NCBI GenBank assembly: GCA_964270895.1
Contig: OZ185437.1
Direction: 5' to 3' (one strand)
Length of the DNA stretch: 64,000 nt
Origin: Podarcis filfolensis
Lineage: Eukaryota
Made by a program: the position numbers and the translations under genes. The notes below the pieces were generated by a model. That model ran no database searches, had not been told where the DNA came from, and saw nothing but the letters and a program-made list of their open reading frames with translations. Position 1 is the first letter of the stretch. Each line of letters opens with the position of its first letter. Below, one piece after another: positions 50,504 to 64,000 of the stretch.

Positions 50504-51671
50504 TTCAGCAGCCAACTATTAGCAAAGTTTCTGGGGAAAATAAACCTTTTCTTAATTAAGCATGTCTTCGGGTCATTTTGGATGAAATTTTGATTATGTT
50601 CGGTAAGATTTCATTGTTATTAAGTAGAAAAATGAGGACATGGGAAAACTCACTTGGGAACAATATTATTTTTCACTTGATGATCAAGATTACCCATTAA
50701 AGCTTAAAAAACAAAGCCTCAAAATTGGCCTGCTTGACAAGTTCTTAAGCTCTTAGCTTCTTACGATGTTGCTTTAAAAAAAATCTAAGACCTGCTTATC
50801 TTTTTGCATGATGATGTTAGGATTTTTTACTTGAATTTTAATTTTGATAGATTATGATGCAGTTTGTTCTACAGTGTTTAAAGAATCAAGTTGAGGACAG
50901 ATTTATGTGAAGGCCTGGGACTAAACAAAACTGGAGACTCTTATTCCAGACTCGTGTTTAACTATGTGTGAAGATTAAGAACAGTTTGGCATGGATATTG
51001 ATACTGATCTGGGAATCATTTTTTTGTTTAGCAGGAGCCTGTATCCCTGTTCTTGCATGTAGAACAGCAAATTGTTCTTATTGCCACTCACCTGTTTGGG
51101 TCTGAGATACTGCTTTGCTCCTATGCAGCAGCCTTTTGCATGTGTGAGACAGATAGAGAAGGCTTATTTTCCCCCTTGTAGAACCTGAATGATAGAAAAT
51201 AACTAGAGATAAGCACAACATTGGACAGAATAAATATAAAAAAACACTTTTGAAATATAAAAAGTTGACATTAAAATGCATTTATAGTGTATGTGGGAGT
51301 TGCCATTCAACTTTAAGAACACAGGTTTTTGTTGGCAGGTCCAACATGTTTTATGGCTTTCCTAGTGAGCGTGGTCAATACAGAATTGGCTTTTCTTTAT
51401 TTAGGTTTTATCCCCTTTAGGGAGAGGGGCTAGTGCACTGATAGTTTCCCATATTTTTGCTTCTCTTTTCTTTCTGTTATTGCATTATGTTTCTATGGTA
51501 GGGGAAGAAAAAAGCAATTGCCTACCATCACTGAGAACAAAAGCTGACTAATAAGGAAATTTAAGGGCAGCACTAAAATGGGCTGAACAGGAAGCTTTTA
51601 GTTAGCATTGGAAATGACTTTTAACAGATCTTAGAAAGAATCTCCTGGTGGAACCGCTTCAGGCACTAGCC

Positions 51672-51951
51672 CAGGGGTCAGCAACCTAAGGCCCATGGGC
51701 CACAAGTGGCCCACGAGGGTCGTTTAACTGGCTCATGAGCCACCCCCGAACTGAGCCATCCACTCGGCAAGTCCCCACGCGCTGTGCTAAACCAGCGTGG
51801 CGCGGCGACTCGCTTCCGCGGTGCCGGAAATCGCATCTGTGCATGCACAGACACCGAAAATCGTGTGTGCATGCGTTCGTGTGATCCAGCCTATGGAGGG
51901 ATCTCTGCTGGAGTGAACTGGCCCAGGCAAGGTAAACCTTGCCCACCCCTG
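51672..51951. mobile_element. hAT-type MITE
   Basis: Termini CAGGGGTCAGCAACCT / AACCTTGCCCACCCCTG, 8-bp TSD CACTAGCC / CACTATCC. Confidence 0.85.
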
Positions 51952-52043
51952 CACTATCCCTTGAATGCTTTGCTCTCTTGGCCATGAGGGAGGACCCCAT
52001 CACCAGGTAGTCAGAGGAAGGGGGGGGGCATTGATGAGGAGAG

Positions 52044-53253
52044 GTGGATGGTATCAAAGGCCATTGAGAGATCCAGCAGAACTAGGAAACAGCTTTCAGC
52101 TTTGTCCCTAGCCTGCTGGAGATCATCGACCAGCGTGACCATCTGGACCGTCTAGAGGTAAAAGCTGGGGCCCCTGTTATACAGTGGTTGCTCCTGTGCC
52201 GTGTCCAGAAAGAGGTGCTGGGGGATGTGTGTTCAGACCCCATGGCTCTCACTTGTAGGGTGCCTCAGGGTTCCATCCTCTCCCCCATGCTTTTTAACAT
52301 CTATATGAAGCTGCTGGGAGAGATCATCAGGGTTTGGGCTGGGTATGCGGATGATACCCAGCTTTACCTCTCCTTTAAATTGGAACCAGTGAAGGTGGTG
52401 AAGATCCTGTGTGAGTGTCTGGATGCAGTTGGAGGATGGACGGCGGCTAACGGATTGAGGTTGAATCCTGACAAGACAGAAGTACTGTTTTGGGGGGACA
52501 GGGGGTGGGCAGGTGTGGGGGACTCCCTAGTCCTGAATGGGGCAATTGTGCCCCTGAAGGACCAGGTGCACAGCCTGGGAGTCATTTTGAACTCACAGCT
52601 GTCCATGGAGTTGCAGGTCAATTCTGTGTCCAGGGCAGCTGTCTGCCAACTCCCATCTGGTACGTAGGCTGAGACCCTACCTGCCCACAGACTGTCTTGC
52701 CAAAGTGGTGCATGCTCTGGTTATCTACCACTTGGACTACTGCAATATGCTACCTTTGAAGGTGACTCAGAAACTACAACTAATCTGGAATGCGGCAGCT
52801 AAACTGGTGACTGGGAGTGGCCACCGAGACCATATGACAACAGTCCTGAAATACCTACATTGACTCCCAGTGCGTTTTCAAGCACAATTCAAAGTGTTGG
52901 TGCTGACCTTTACCAGCCCTAAACGGCCTCGGCCCAGTATACCTGAAGGAGCGTCTCCACCTGCACCATTCAGCCCAGACACTGAGGGCCAGTTCTGAGG
53001 GCTTTCTGGTGGTTCTCTCACTGTGAGAAATGAGGTCACAGGGAAGCAGGCAGAGGGCCTTCTCAGTAGTGGCATCTACCCTGTGGAACACCCTCCCATC
53101 AGATGTCAAGGAAATAAACAACTATCTGACTTTTAGAAGACATCTGTATTGGGAAATTTTTAGTGTCTAATGTTTTACAATTTTTATGTGCTGTAAGCTG
53201 CCCAGAGTGGCTGGGGAAACCCAGCCAGATGGACGGGGTAGAAATAATAAAAA
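52044..53253 (+). mobile_element. 5'-truncated L2-clade LINE (degenerate reverse transcriptase) with an inverted 5' segment
   Basis: RT motifs VPQGSILSPMLFNIYM, YADDTQLY and LRLNPDKTE on the plus strand. LVDDL...LVLLDLSMAFDT on the minus strand at 52044-52141. 3' end GCCCAGAGTGGCTGGGGAAACCCAGCC. Confidence 0.88.
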
Positions 53254-56200
53254 GATGAGGATGAGGATGGGACTTTTCACTGAAATACTGATGATTTTTC
53301 ATTAGGATTTTTTAAAATAAAAAATGGCAGGTTGTGGAAATTTGGAGAACTGAGTTTAAGACTGGAAAAATGAGAACAGAAATTGATAGATTTGCAGAGG
53401 ACAGGTGTACATTCGTGTACCTTTGTAACGAGATGTTTGTTTAGTGTTTCTGTTTTGGTTTTAACATATTTTAAAAGTAAAATCGTAACTCTGGGCAGTT
53501 TTGGCAACTGTCACCACAGGAATTAGAACATTGGGAAAGTGTCAGTTGGGGCAGTTAGTTGAGAGAAAGAAGGAGATGGGCTAGTAAGGAAGAAGTGTCT
53601 CTGCAAAATTCGCCTGATGAGGGGAGACTGTAATCACGTTCTGTGGTGGATAGAGGCGAAAGGAAGCAGTGATGTGGGAGCAGAATGGTGCAAGGGGATT
53701 CAGCAGCCCACAGAGCCAAGGAGCAGCTTGAGATTGTCTACTCGCAGGGACACCCAGGCAACCCAGTGGCACCATAAGAGACTCAACGGTGGTTAGGACT
53801 GTAGTGTTTGTTCATTTTGCCAGAAAGGATACCGCCTTGTATTCTGTGCTGGAAAAAAGGCATTCCTTTCCTCATTTGTAATAAATGTTTTAACAAAGGT
53901 GGATTTTCCAGGTTTCCCAACTCACTTCCCAGAGTGTGTACCTGGGGGGAAAGGCTTTCCGTCACTGGTGGGAGCTTAAAGGCAAACTGCTGTTGCAGGC
54001 AGGTCCCAAAACAGCAACAAGAGCCCTCAGTATTGCCTCCGGATATGAAGAACTCTTTGTGGAGCCGTATGTTTTAATTTAGGGGCTGAACCAAACATTT
54101 TGATTCCCTTGGCAACAGTAAGCCGCAATTCAGTAGAACAAAACCAACATAAACGACATTTAGAACAGTTTGTGGGTCACAATTTAACTGTGCAATATTT
54201 CAGCCCTTCTGATTTATTTGAAATTACAGGCAGATGTAATAATTAAAGATTGATACTACCAAAGATATGATCTAATCTTACTCGACACAGGAAAGGAAAA
54301 TCCCACCCGGCTTTTAGTCACTGATTAGTTTAATTATGTGCACTCCACTGATAATCCACAAACCTTTTTGATGTTTGCAATCTTTTTTGCAATATTAATT
54401 GCAAATATCAAATGGAGGCTTCAAATACAAATACAGTGATGGTGGGTGCTTCCAGACATGGGCAGTTTAGCAGCAGCCAATTATTGATGTTCTACTTTAA
54501 ACTGGAAATGGAAGGCAACACTGCTTCCAGAAGTCTAACATGCAATAAGAAAGTTGGCATTCCCTGTTTCTCCATCCACATGTTGTGAAGAAGCAATTTT
54601 CATTGGGATTGTTGGAATAAAAGGTTTCCTTCCTCACTGCCAAACCGAGATTACCACTCCCTTCTGCAACTTAGGGCGGGAGCCGGAGGAGGAAATGGAT
54701 ATAAAGGTAACGCTACTTGAAAAGGGTAGGGTTAAAGTAATAGAATTGATTCCTAGAGAGAAGAGAACAGCCAACAGAGAAGGAAATGGCTGAATGGTCT
54801 CTCCAAATGACTGTGATAGGCCATTGACAACCGAGGAAATTGTACAGCAATTATAAAAGTTCAGTTCTGCTGATGTGGCTCACTATCCACATATAAACAT
54901 TTTTCAGTTTTCAGACTTTTTCTTTTGCATTTTCTTTTATATTGCTAAGGATAGAAAAGGGATAAGTAGGGCGTTCATTTTAAAATGTGTGTTTTTCAGT
55001 CAGGGCTTTGGAATGTGATTTTTTTTTTTATCAGCCTGTTTTCACTGACACGTTATTGATGTTTTTCCTGCTATTATTGAAGTAATGTGTGTTTATATTG
55101 TACACCACCTTGTTACATATACTTTTAATGAAAGTGCACTTTATAAATATATAAACAAAACAATTAAAATAAATAGATAAAGAATGTCAGTCCATGAGTG
55201 GTTTGTGGGTGATGGCCTCACGGTAAATATGGGGTAGGTTTATTGAGAGGGCAGAAAGAATGGAACTATATCAATCATGATGATGTAAATCATGATAGCA
55301 ATCAGGCCTCCCATTCCATTAAATAATTGATATCTCTAATGAGAGCACTCTGGTTTTGACCTTACTTCTTCTTGCCGACACTGACAGATTTGCTGAAGAT
55401 ACTTTGCACAATACACAGAAGGCAATTTAAGAGTAGCATTTCAAAGTCAATACAAGTTAAGCATTAAAAGCCTGTTGTTACAGGTCTGTAGGAATTAGAA
55501 TTCAATTAGTGCATGGGAATGAGGCCACTGGGAATTAGGAATAAATTCTTTCTAAATCCTTGCACCCCAGCCTCTAGATTTATATTAGAAGTCTAGAAGA
55601 ATATTTATTCATTCTGCCACCTCTCCCCTGAGTAGCAGGGCCTTGAGTTGCCATAAGTAGAAATAAGAAACGGGTACAGCTTTTCTGTATATCCTGGTCT
55701 CAGAAATGAAGTATATCACTTTTTGACTTTATATTTGAATCATACTTCGTGACTAAAGTGTACAAAAGTAACAATGCTTCTGCCCTGAGAACCACATCTT
55801 TGAATTCTGATACACTGATGGTTAGTATAAATATTTATGCCGTGTCTTTCAATAAAATGATCCCTGAGGCAGCTCTTGGAATATTGTAACAATGCAATAC
55901 AAACTATTTACTCACCTTTTGGTGGTGGGGACAGACAAGAGAGATGCTGTGGGGTCAGCATGAATTAAAAACACCTTCCCAGCTTCCTGGTGTTCCTGTT
56001 GCTGTCCTTACTGAGGTCTGCAGCAAACCACTCCAGGAAGTGTGCTTCCAGGTGGCAATTACTATAATGATCACTAGAGCCCACATCACATGTTACACTC
56101 TTGATGGGGTTCCATCCGATGATCGGGAAGTAGACCCCTGAAGTTTGCCTTGCTCCCGTGTTGCACAGATGGGCTAGTCCCACCCTGTGCATTGAGCACA

Positions 56201-56698
56201 GCTATCTGAAAACAAGCCCTCAGTGTCATGTGTAGTTGTTCTTTTTCAGATATCTGTACTCATTGTGTACTCGTGTGGTAGTCGGCATGGGGTAGCATGG
56301 CCAGGACACTTATTCCCTGGTCATTGCATGGACCCCGCTCACACATGTCATGCCTAAAGAAAGCTTTAGGAGGTGGGGCTCCTTATGCAGGTAGAATGTG
56401 GCTCCCACTTCATTGCTTTGTGATGGTTGACTTAGAGAGATCCTGGGAGAACATGGAGTTGACGCCTCTTCCTAGGTCTCCAGAAATAACCTCCATTCTC
56501 AGGAAGTGTGTTTGCAGGTACCACTGGAGTCCCACTGCTGAAATACAAGAAGAAGGTTCACATTATGTAAGAGATTGGTGCTGCAATGCTGCATTCCAAC
56601 AAAAGCATTGTAAGGATGGATTTGCTGTACATGGTACAGTACATGGCATGTAGGAAGCAAGAGGTGGATTAATCCCCCCTTTTCTTTTTTAAATGCAG

Positions 56699-56727
56699 AT
56701 TCGGTTGGTACACTTGTCCTTCCAGCT
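56699..56727 (+). CDS. CD109: CD109 exon 3, 29-nt exon (DSVGTLVLPA)
   Basis: Polypyrimidine tract plus atgcag|, donor |gtaagt. Restores the frame between exons 2 and 4. Similar to human GSFKTLTLPS. Confidence 0.88.
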
Positions 56728-58558
56728 GTAAGTATTATTTTCTGCAAGTACTAGAGTTCCATGTGAAATATTTCCTGAATGGATGCTGCCTCTTTCATTT
56801 ACTTACCTTTATTTCATTTTAATCTTGTATATAGTGTAAGTTCACTATTAGTGAGCAAAGAGCTTCCTTCTGACAAGTGAATCATATACACTGAAATGCA
56901 GGCGTTTCATATCTTGTTTTAGGACACAACATCTGACAGTGATGTTAAAACAGACATTCAAACTAGTGTTCCTGGCATGTCTAGATGTAATTGAAACAAA
57001 CCAGAATGCGGGATAGCATTCCTTCTAGGTTTTGTTTGCTAACATAGAGGGTGTAAAAGTATTAAAATTCATAAATATTAGATAAGAGTTTAAAACAGAT
57101 TTATATCAACATGCATTTTTAGGTGCAAACCACATTGTCATGAAGCACTTGCCTCAAAATAATTAAGAGCCAATGAACAGGAGCAGATGAATCATGATTC
57201 TTCTTCTGCACAATCCCTTTTCTTGTAAATTGTAAGCATGTCTGTGCTTGCTTGTGCCATGTATCTCTGAAACGTGCTTGCAGACTAACTCAGAGAATAA
57301 GACTTTCCAGAACACAAATCATGGTTGGGAATTTAGATCAAATGTCCTAGGGGAACCATTTTCTTCTGCAGCCTGATTCTGTTCTGCCAGAGGACAGATT
57401 GTTGTCTGCCTGGTAGTGCAGGCTCAGAAACCAGGATAATGATCCAGGATCTCATATTGACAGCAGTGTTAGATGCTGAGATATGAAAACTGGGATCTAA
57501 ATGGCACCTTAAACCTAGGTTATGGGCACAACAACTGAATGTCTAGGCACACTTTTTTAATAACTAGAATACAAAGCTGAAAATGAATGGACTGCAGCTA
57601 AAATATTATGTTCATTTTTCACATGGTCTAGTCCTTCCCTTGCCCACCCCCCAATATTCTTAAGAGGGTCTCTTCTCCAGTCTTCAGAGAGGAGCTGGAA
57701 GTAGGGAGGCAGAAAAAGGTCGTCCTTTCCTTCCACTCTGCAGTTTTGATCTGAAATCTTTGGTGCAGTACTGCACCCAGAGCTCAGAAACTGCGCACGC
57801 TAATGAAATTCCCTGTTGCAAAAGGCTCCAAGAACAATGGGAGTTTCGAACACTGATTGACAGTAAACCTGGTCCCATTTAGCCAGCACAATACATTTCA
57901 CTGCTTGAAGCAAAGAAAAAGATGGCACCTTCCCATTCCACATAGAGAAGCCAGCCGAATCTATGGCAGCTGAATCTTCTTTCAGCACTGGTGAGGGGAT
58001 AGTTGCTACAGTAGGCTAACTTAGGGGGTACAGGATGCATAGCTCTGTCCTCCCACCCGTCACAGCCTCCAACATCTGCTGCCTGAGTCAGCTTCCACAA
58101 TCTGCTTAATGGTAGAGCTGGTCTTGTTAAGCTGTAATGGGGAACTTTAGCTTAATGCAAGTCACAATCTTTACACTGAAGCTGGCATGCAACAAGCAAA
58201 CAAGGGGATGAGGCAGGAGTGAACTTCCACAGTATTCATTCATAGCTTCATATACCATGGTTTTTGGAGCTGTGGGTGAATATATAAACGGGATCATAGT
58301 ATGAAAGAATAAATGAAAATTCAGGTGACAGAACACTTTTAGGGAGTGTCATTGTAACTTATTTGTAGATTTTATGTCATAATCTTACTCGTATTTACTT
58401 GGATATCTTTAGTAGGGTTTTCTCTTAGGTAAGTGTACATAGGATTGCAGCTTCAATTCTTTTAGTTTTGTGAGTTCTAATTATTCATTGTTTTACTGTT
58501 CTGTGTGTCCAGTATTTGTTTTAGAAATAAATAAAGCAATCACGTTTTTTACCCCCAG

Positions 58559-58789
58559 CTTCCCTTGGGCAGTACTCCTGGTGATTATGATTTACTAGTC
58601 AAAGGATATTCAGAAGGTCGTCTGCTATTTTCTAACCACACTGTCCTTGAATTTGAGCACAAGAGCTTATCGGTATTCATCCAAACTGACAAGACTATGT
58701 ATAAACCAGGCCAAGATGTGAAAATACGGGTTGTTACTCTGTATCCTGACCTCAAGCCGTACAATACTCCTATGAATATATATATTCAT
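58559..58789 (+). CDS. CD109: CD109 exon 4 (LPLGSTPGDYDLLVKG...FIQTDKTMYKPGQDVKIRVVTLYPDLKPYNTPMNIYIH)
   Basis: Acceptor ccccag|, donor |gtaagt, 231 nt. Confidence 0.96.
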
Positions 58790-59191
58790 GTAAGTATAAA
58801 CTTGACATTATTTGGTGAAGCAGGGTTTTCTTTCAAGGTATGGTTATGCAATTTGCAGTGTATTTTCACTAAGACTATTCTTACACATAATGGCAAGGGA
58901 TTTAATTTTGAATAAATCAGTGGTTCCCAAACTTCTCCCCCATGGGTCACCTGGAAATTGCTAACAGTCTTGGCAGACAAGTTAATGATTTTTCTGCCTG
59001 TAGTAGCAATTGTAATGTGCTGTGCTAGAAGCTGTATGATTTTTAATTTTTATTGGGTGGAATTCAACACTGCGCTATCGGGGCAAGTACTTTAGCTTGT
59101 CAGAATTAACGATGGTATTTCCCCTCTCCTTCCCCACTGTTCTGTTCTGAGTGTTACTAAACACATGCTTTTGACATTTTTTAAAAAATAG

Positions 59192-59317
59192 GATCCTCGA
59201 CACAATTTGATTCAACAGTGGTTGTCGCAGAATGGAAAACTAGGCAAAATTGCCAAGCAGTTTAAAATATCCAGATATCCTGTCCTGGGTGACTGGTCCA
59301 TAAAAGTTCAAGTAAAA
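59192..59317 (+). CDS. CD109: CD109 exon 5 (DPRHNLIQQWLSQNGKLGKIAKQFKISRYPVLGDWSIKVQVK)
   Basis: Acceptor aaatag|, donor |gtgagt, 126 nt. Confidence 0.95.
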
Positions 59318-60965
59318 GTGAGTATTAACATAATGAATTGTTTTAACAGGGATGTAATGTATCTCTGAGTGAAATCAATAATTAAATTCCCATTGATTTT
59401 CATGGGGCTAGGTTGCATACTGGAGTTAGTTCATCGTTGCTAGAGATTAAATCTGTCTACAGTTGTGCAGTTTAATTGAAATGTATACTGTCTAAATTGG
59501 ATGAGCTCAGCAACTGAGAAAGATCTGAGTCTTCAGATACTGATTACTGTGCAAAAAGTATGATGTGGTGAAGGCATTCTATGGTGCTTCATTACTTCAG
59601 CATTCAGTTCAAAAGATATATAGAAATCATGTGATACAGCTTTTAATAACTCATTACCAAATCATTTGTACAGTATATTTTCTTAAAAGCTGAAATTCTA
59701 AAAAAGAAGTTCAAAGACAGTTTTTAGTAGTTCTTGAGTTGGTTTAGATACTTGAGCAACATAAAAGGCGAAAGTGCAATCACATGCAGTCACAGAGAGC
59801 AAATTGGGACACCATTAATTGTGACTGGGAACGAGCCAAGAAGCAAATGAGAATGAAGCATTCAATATTAACTGCTTTGGAGGGCTATGCAGATTGAGGA
59901 AGTGGAAATCAGAAGAAAAGGGAAGCACAGAAATGTTGTACATTAGAAGTTGGCCTTGAAAGAATTTGTGTAGACTTTGGGGCAAATTGACAAGCACAGG
60001 GATGTTCTGTTATCCGCTGTAATCAGTGTTATGGTTCAGGTCCTACTTGCAGGCTTCCCATAGGCATCTGGTTGGCTTCTTTGAGAACACGATTCTGGAC
60101 TAGATGGACCATTGGGCTCTCTTATGAGGGCTCTCTTAGGAGAGTTGTTGTATGAGGAAGTTGTAACTTTTGAGTTGTGTAAGAGAGTTCAGTTTGTGAG
60201 AGAGCAAGTTTTCACTTTGAGATGGTGTGCTGGCTAGTGTTGGCTAGTTGCTGCCTTTTCACCGGCGCTCTTGGTCCCAAAGAACAATGAATCTATTTAA
60301 AGATTTCTTTATTATTTAATTATTCATTTCCTGACTTGGCCTTGGTGCTGGTGGTGTAAGTTGGAAGGAGAAATCAAGTTGTTTGAGAGCATCTTGACTC
60401 TCTGCTGTGATCCCCACTCACCCCCCCTCAGAACGCAGTAGGGTAGAAAAATGTGTTGATTTGATAGTATTATTTGCAACTCTTGAGTTCGTGCTTGCTA
60501 GAAGAATGAATTTAAAACTGTCCTGCCTGGCTCCCTGTTACTGTTTAGCCTTGTTAGTTTCTATGGAAACAACTCAGCTTTTCCACAGACACTCTCAGGG
60601 AAGCCGAGCTGAGAAACTATATAGAACAACCCTTTTGATCACAGCCCTACTTCCTGATGTGTTTGTGGAAATGTGTGATTATGCAGTGTGCATTATTGTG
60701 TGTGATGCTCTTTAAACAATGATTAAATAGCTGTGAAAATATAGGGAACTACTGTGGAGATTGGGGTGGTGTGTAACAGTATTTAAGGTGCCACAGTACA
60801 CTTAAGTATTGTAAAGTCGTCGTTGGGAAAACGGCAGTTCAGCATGTACCTTGTTTATTCATTTGCTTGCTTGCTAGAATTAGTTTGGGAAAAGTCCTAT
60901 CTTAGATATAATACACCATACAAGTTAAGCATACCTTTCATAGAATTTATTTTGTTTTTCTATAG

Positions 60966-61005
60966 GATCAGACACATTATCAGACATTTACGGTGATGGA
61001 ATATG
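60966..61005 (+). CDS. CD109: CD109 exon 6 (DQTHYQTFTVMEY)
   Basis: Acceptor ctatag|, donor G|gtaagt, 40 nt. Confidence 0.93.
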
Positions 61006-61892
61006 GTAAGTGATTTCTGCTTGCATGTAAACTTGGATGCAGATTTTCTTTTTTTTGGAAGACAGAAGGGGTTCAAAAAGTTAAAGGTCCTCCTGCAACA
61101 GTAGAATCATGAACGTTACATAAAAAAGTCATAATAATGAAAAGCCTTCAAATCACCGAAGACCAGGAGACTCAGATTATGAGAGCCTTTTACCTCCTAT
61201 ATTTGCCTACACAGAACAGAGTATTCAACTTCATTTGTTATTCTAAACATGCTTTATATTGTTTAGATGTCATGGGGATGTATTTCACATGTCTGCCCCA
61301 TTCACATATGTAATGTGAATTACATAGTAAAAGCAGTGTGCAGGAAAGAAGTGCTAAACACTTTCCTATCCTGTACCTTAAGATCCTGCAGTCTTTTGCT
61401 CCAAGCAGTTTCTCCCTTACGCCTCTATTACTAGAAGTGAGCTGAGAATAAAGAGCGTGGAGCAATGGATTGAGATGAAGTAATGTGCAGGAGAGGAAGA
61501 GGTTCAGTCCACTTGTTTTAAAGACCTCTCCCATCTTCTTCTATCCAATGACTCATGTGTGAACCAATAACTTCAGCTGATTTAAGACCAGACTTTTTTG
61601 TGGGGGTGGGCATATTTTGTGGCTCAGTATTTCCCATGTTTCCCACCCCTGGTTTAGAGGATTGTACATTTTGAGGGAATCTTCAGCACCCTCACCAAAT
61701 TAAAAGCCCTGGGTACTTTGGGGGAATCCATAACAATTAACATGGTGTAGAACTGAAGTGATATGTGATTTCAGTGAAGATGAGATACATAAATGCATTG
61801 TTTGCATTATACCGAGAAAACCACATTAATGAAACATGTATTGAAAAACATAGCTATGGCCATCAAATTAATTATAGCTTCCTTTTTTTTAG

Positions 61893-61977
61893 TGCTACCA
61901 AAGTTTGAAGTCTTTCTAGCAACACCTCTGTTTTATTCTCAGAAAGACATGAATTTCACTGGTACTGTCACAGCAAA
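61893..61977 (+). CDS. CD109: CD109 exon 7 (VLPKFEVFLATPLFYSQKDMNFTGTVTAK)
   Basis: Acceptor ttttag|, donor AA|gtaggt, 85 nt. Confidence 0.95.
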
Positions 61978-62688
61978 GTAGGTAAAAAGTGAATCATTTG
62001 AGGTCTATATGCATTGTACACCCGTGTTAGTCCTTAGCTAGTTCATAACCATGCAAAGGTGGGATTTAATTCAATTATTGATTCCTTCTTTGCAGACGTA
62101 ACAGTTGATCATTATTTTTTAAAAGTATATTTTTCTGAGTACAATTTTAAAATACAAAACTAATAATAATTTTAAAATGAGAAATTACTGTGGCTATAAT
62201 GAGAAAACTGGTAATTTAAGCGCTGCTCCCAGAACAGGACAATTAAAGAATGTCATTGACCCCACAAGTGAACTTGAAGAAAGTTATTAGTGCAGAAGCT
62301 ACAAGAAAGAAGGTGTTAACTGCAGGAACACTTGTGTGGCACCGTTATAGCTGGTGAATTTCATATGAGTTAAAATTCCAATAAATTTCCAGATAACCTG
62401 AGGTATTGCTTATGTCCACTCTGTCTCTGTATGTATAGTAGGGATACTTGTAGTTATTGTTGTTAATAAAGTAAAAGATACATTTTATTAGTGATGGGCA
62501 ATAATTTCACTGATTCGGTGTGATTTGCAGTATGCCCAGATCCAGAAAGGGTATGATCCCCAGATTTAAAGTTACATGCATGGTATGTAGGATCAGATTC
62601 AAGTGGATACTTGTAGGCTTATGAGATTGAATCAACCTGTCTTCAGAAACTTGTTTTGAAATGATGGTTTTTTTGTTGACTGTTTCAG

Positions 62689-62779
62689 GTACACATATGG
62701 AAAACCTGTGCAAGGAAAAGTAACTGTTGATTGTTCCCAGTTCTATGGAAGGAAGAAAAATATCACTAAGACATTTGAG
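62689..62779 (+). CDS. CD109: CD109 exon 8 (YTYGKPVQGKVTVDCSQFYGRKKNITKTFE)
   Basis: Acceptor tttcag|, donor GAG|gtgagc, 91 nt. Confidence 0.95.
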
Positions 62780-63511
62780 GTGAGCTGCAGTTAGCACCTG
62801 ACATGTGCTTATGTTGGGCGGAGGGATAACACTTCTTCAGCCACCTCAAGGATTTCTTTGTGGAAATAATAAATCTTTTAAATTGCAATCCAGTGCCTTA
62901 GCTTTTTTTTACTCAGCCGCCTACCTATGCTACCCTGTAGCTTATGCTTATCACTCTGTCATCCAAATGATTAAGCAGTTCTCTAATGATCTGTGCGGTG
63001 GCCATTACGTAGTAGTCCCCCACTGAAGAAAGCAGTGTGTAATGTAGAGATGTCCCAGTTCCAGCTCCCCTAGAGTTTTCAGCTAAAGACAAAGTTAGAG
63101 TAATGTGCAGGTAACCTGTAAGCAGTAATAGCAGATCTCCTGAGCCAGAAACATTCATGGGGTCAGGGCATGACACATGACCTACTCTTGCTTGTTGGAG
63201 TAAGAAGGCAGTAGCGACTGGTATGGTTGATCTGCCTGCAGTTCCCTCCTTTGGCAGGTGGTTGGTGCTGCTTAGGCTCACTATCAGCCCAACTTCTGAT
63301 GTTTCCAAGATCCACTGCAGGTTCATGTTTTGCCAATATTTTGTTTTATTTATCATTTCCATTTCCAAATTGTGCTCTGCTAATGCTACCTTAACCCTTA
63401 AGGGAAATGCAGTGATACAAATATGATCTGGTTCTCTCTCCCCCATGCCTGCTTATTCCTTTCAGAAGATAAAACAAATTGATTAGTTTTTCTTCTTGTT
63501 GTTGTTTTCAG

Positions 63512-63641
63512 ATTAATGGATCTGTGAACTTTACATTTGACATTCTAGAGGTGGAAAATATAACTTACAACAATTGGGGTTATTCTGTGCATCACCAGAT
63601 GCCGGTGGAAATTACAGCTGTGGTTACAGAAGCACTTACAG
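63512..63641 (+). CDS. CD109: CD109 exon 9 (INGSVNFTFDILEVENITYNNWGYSVHHQMPVEITAVVTEALT)
   Basis: Acceptor tttcag|, donor G|gtatgc, 130 nt. Confidence 0.93.
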
Positions 63642-64000
63642 GTATGCAGTTTTATATGGAATTTTCTTTAAGGCAGGTATGGGGTACCTTTGGCCTTTGA
63701 GGCTCATAATCAAGCCGTCGTCACTCCCTAGGGCATGCCTCCTCCCCCTTTTTTGCCTTGTAGGAGGAGACTTTCCCCTGCATATCCAGCTCCCTGCAAA
63801 TCCTTGCTACATGCTGAGAAAGGAGCTGCCTTTCACAGCAGTATAAACTGTTGGTATTTGGAATCATGAGAAATACAGACTCTGCAAGTGTTATTAGGAA
63901 TGAATGATTATGCATGTGACTTTTTTTTTTAAATCCTCCAAATATTCTAACAGGAATCTCCCAAAATGCAAGTGCTACTCTATTTCCAAAGCATCATGAC

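Larger units (their letters stand above)
41508..63641 (+). other. CD109: CD109 gene, 5' part (exons 1-9), truncated by the window end
   Basis: Nine GT-AG exons (113,161,29,231,126,40,85,91,130 nt) form one open frame: a signal peptide followed by alpha-2-macroglobulin-family MG domains (FIQTDKTMYKPGQ, VLPKFEV, YTYGKPV). Confidence 0.95.

Noticed and set aside
52188-52667. 159-aa reverse transcriptase ORF as a functional gene
   Set aside because: It is part of a 5'-truncated, frameshifted L2 copy that lacks the endonuclease and N-terminal RT regions.
62925-63446. 173-aa antisense ORF in CD109 intron 8
   Set aside because: Long for this base composition, but I recognise no motif or homology and see no promoter or poly(A) support. 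A BLASTP or RNA-seq check would settle it.

Overview
Eukaryotic (vertebrate) genomic DNA, almost certainly from a lacertid lizard, inferred from Sauria-type SINEs and squamate repeat families. Two head-to-head protein-coding genes are present. SLC17A5 (sialin) is complete on the minus strand: 11 exons, ATG 33045 to stop 8426, 1482 nt, 493 aa, all introns GT-AG and phase-consistent. CD109 exons 1-9 lie on the plus strand from ATG 41508, and the gene continues past the window end. Each gene has its own CpG island. The rest is intronic or intergenic DNA rich in Tc1/mariner and hAT MITEs, Sauria and Squam3-type SINEs, L2, L1 and Penelope fragments, short hairpin repeats and microsatellites. Almost all ORFs in the supplied track are spurious. 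The most notable observations are: (1) a candidate alternative first coding exon of SLC17A5 (26386-26332) that would remove the DRTPLL lysosomal sorting motif; (2) a MITE carrying a 108-bp double-hairpin tandem array; (3) an L2 LINE with a twin-priming-like 5' inversion; (4) a 37-nt two-ended SINE remnant with a perfect TSD; (5) a 20-nt templated insertion. There is no prokaryotic-type system such as CRISPR. All homology calls come from recalled sequences, not from database searches.
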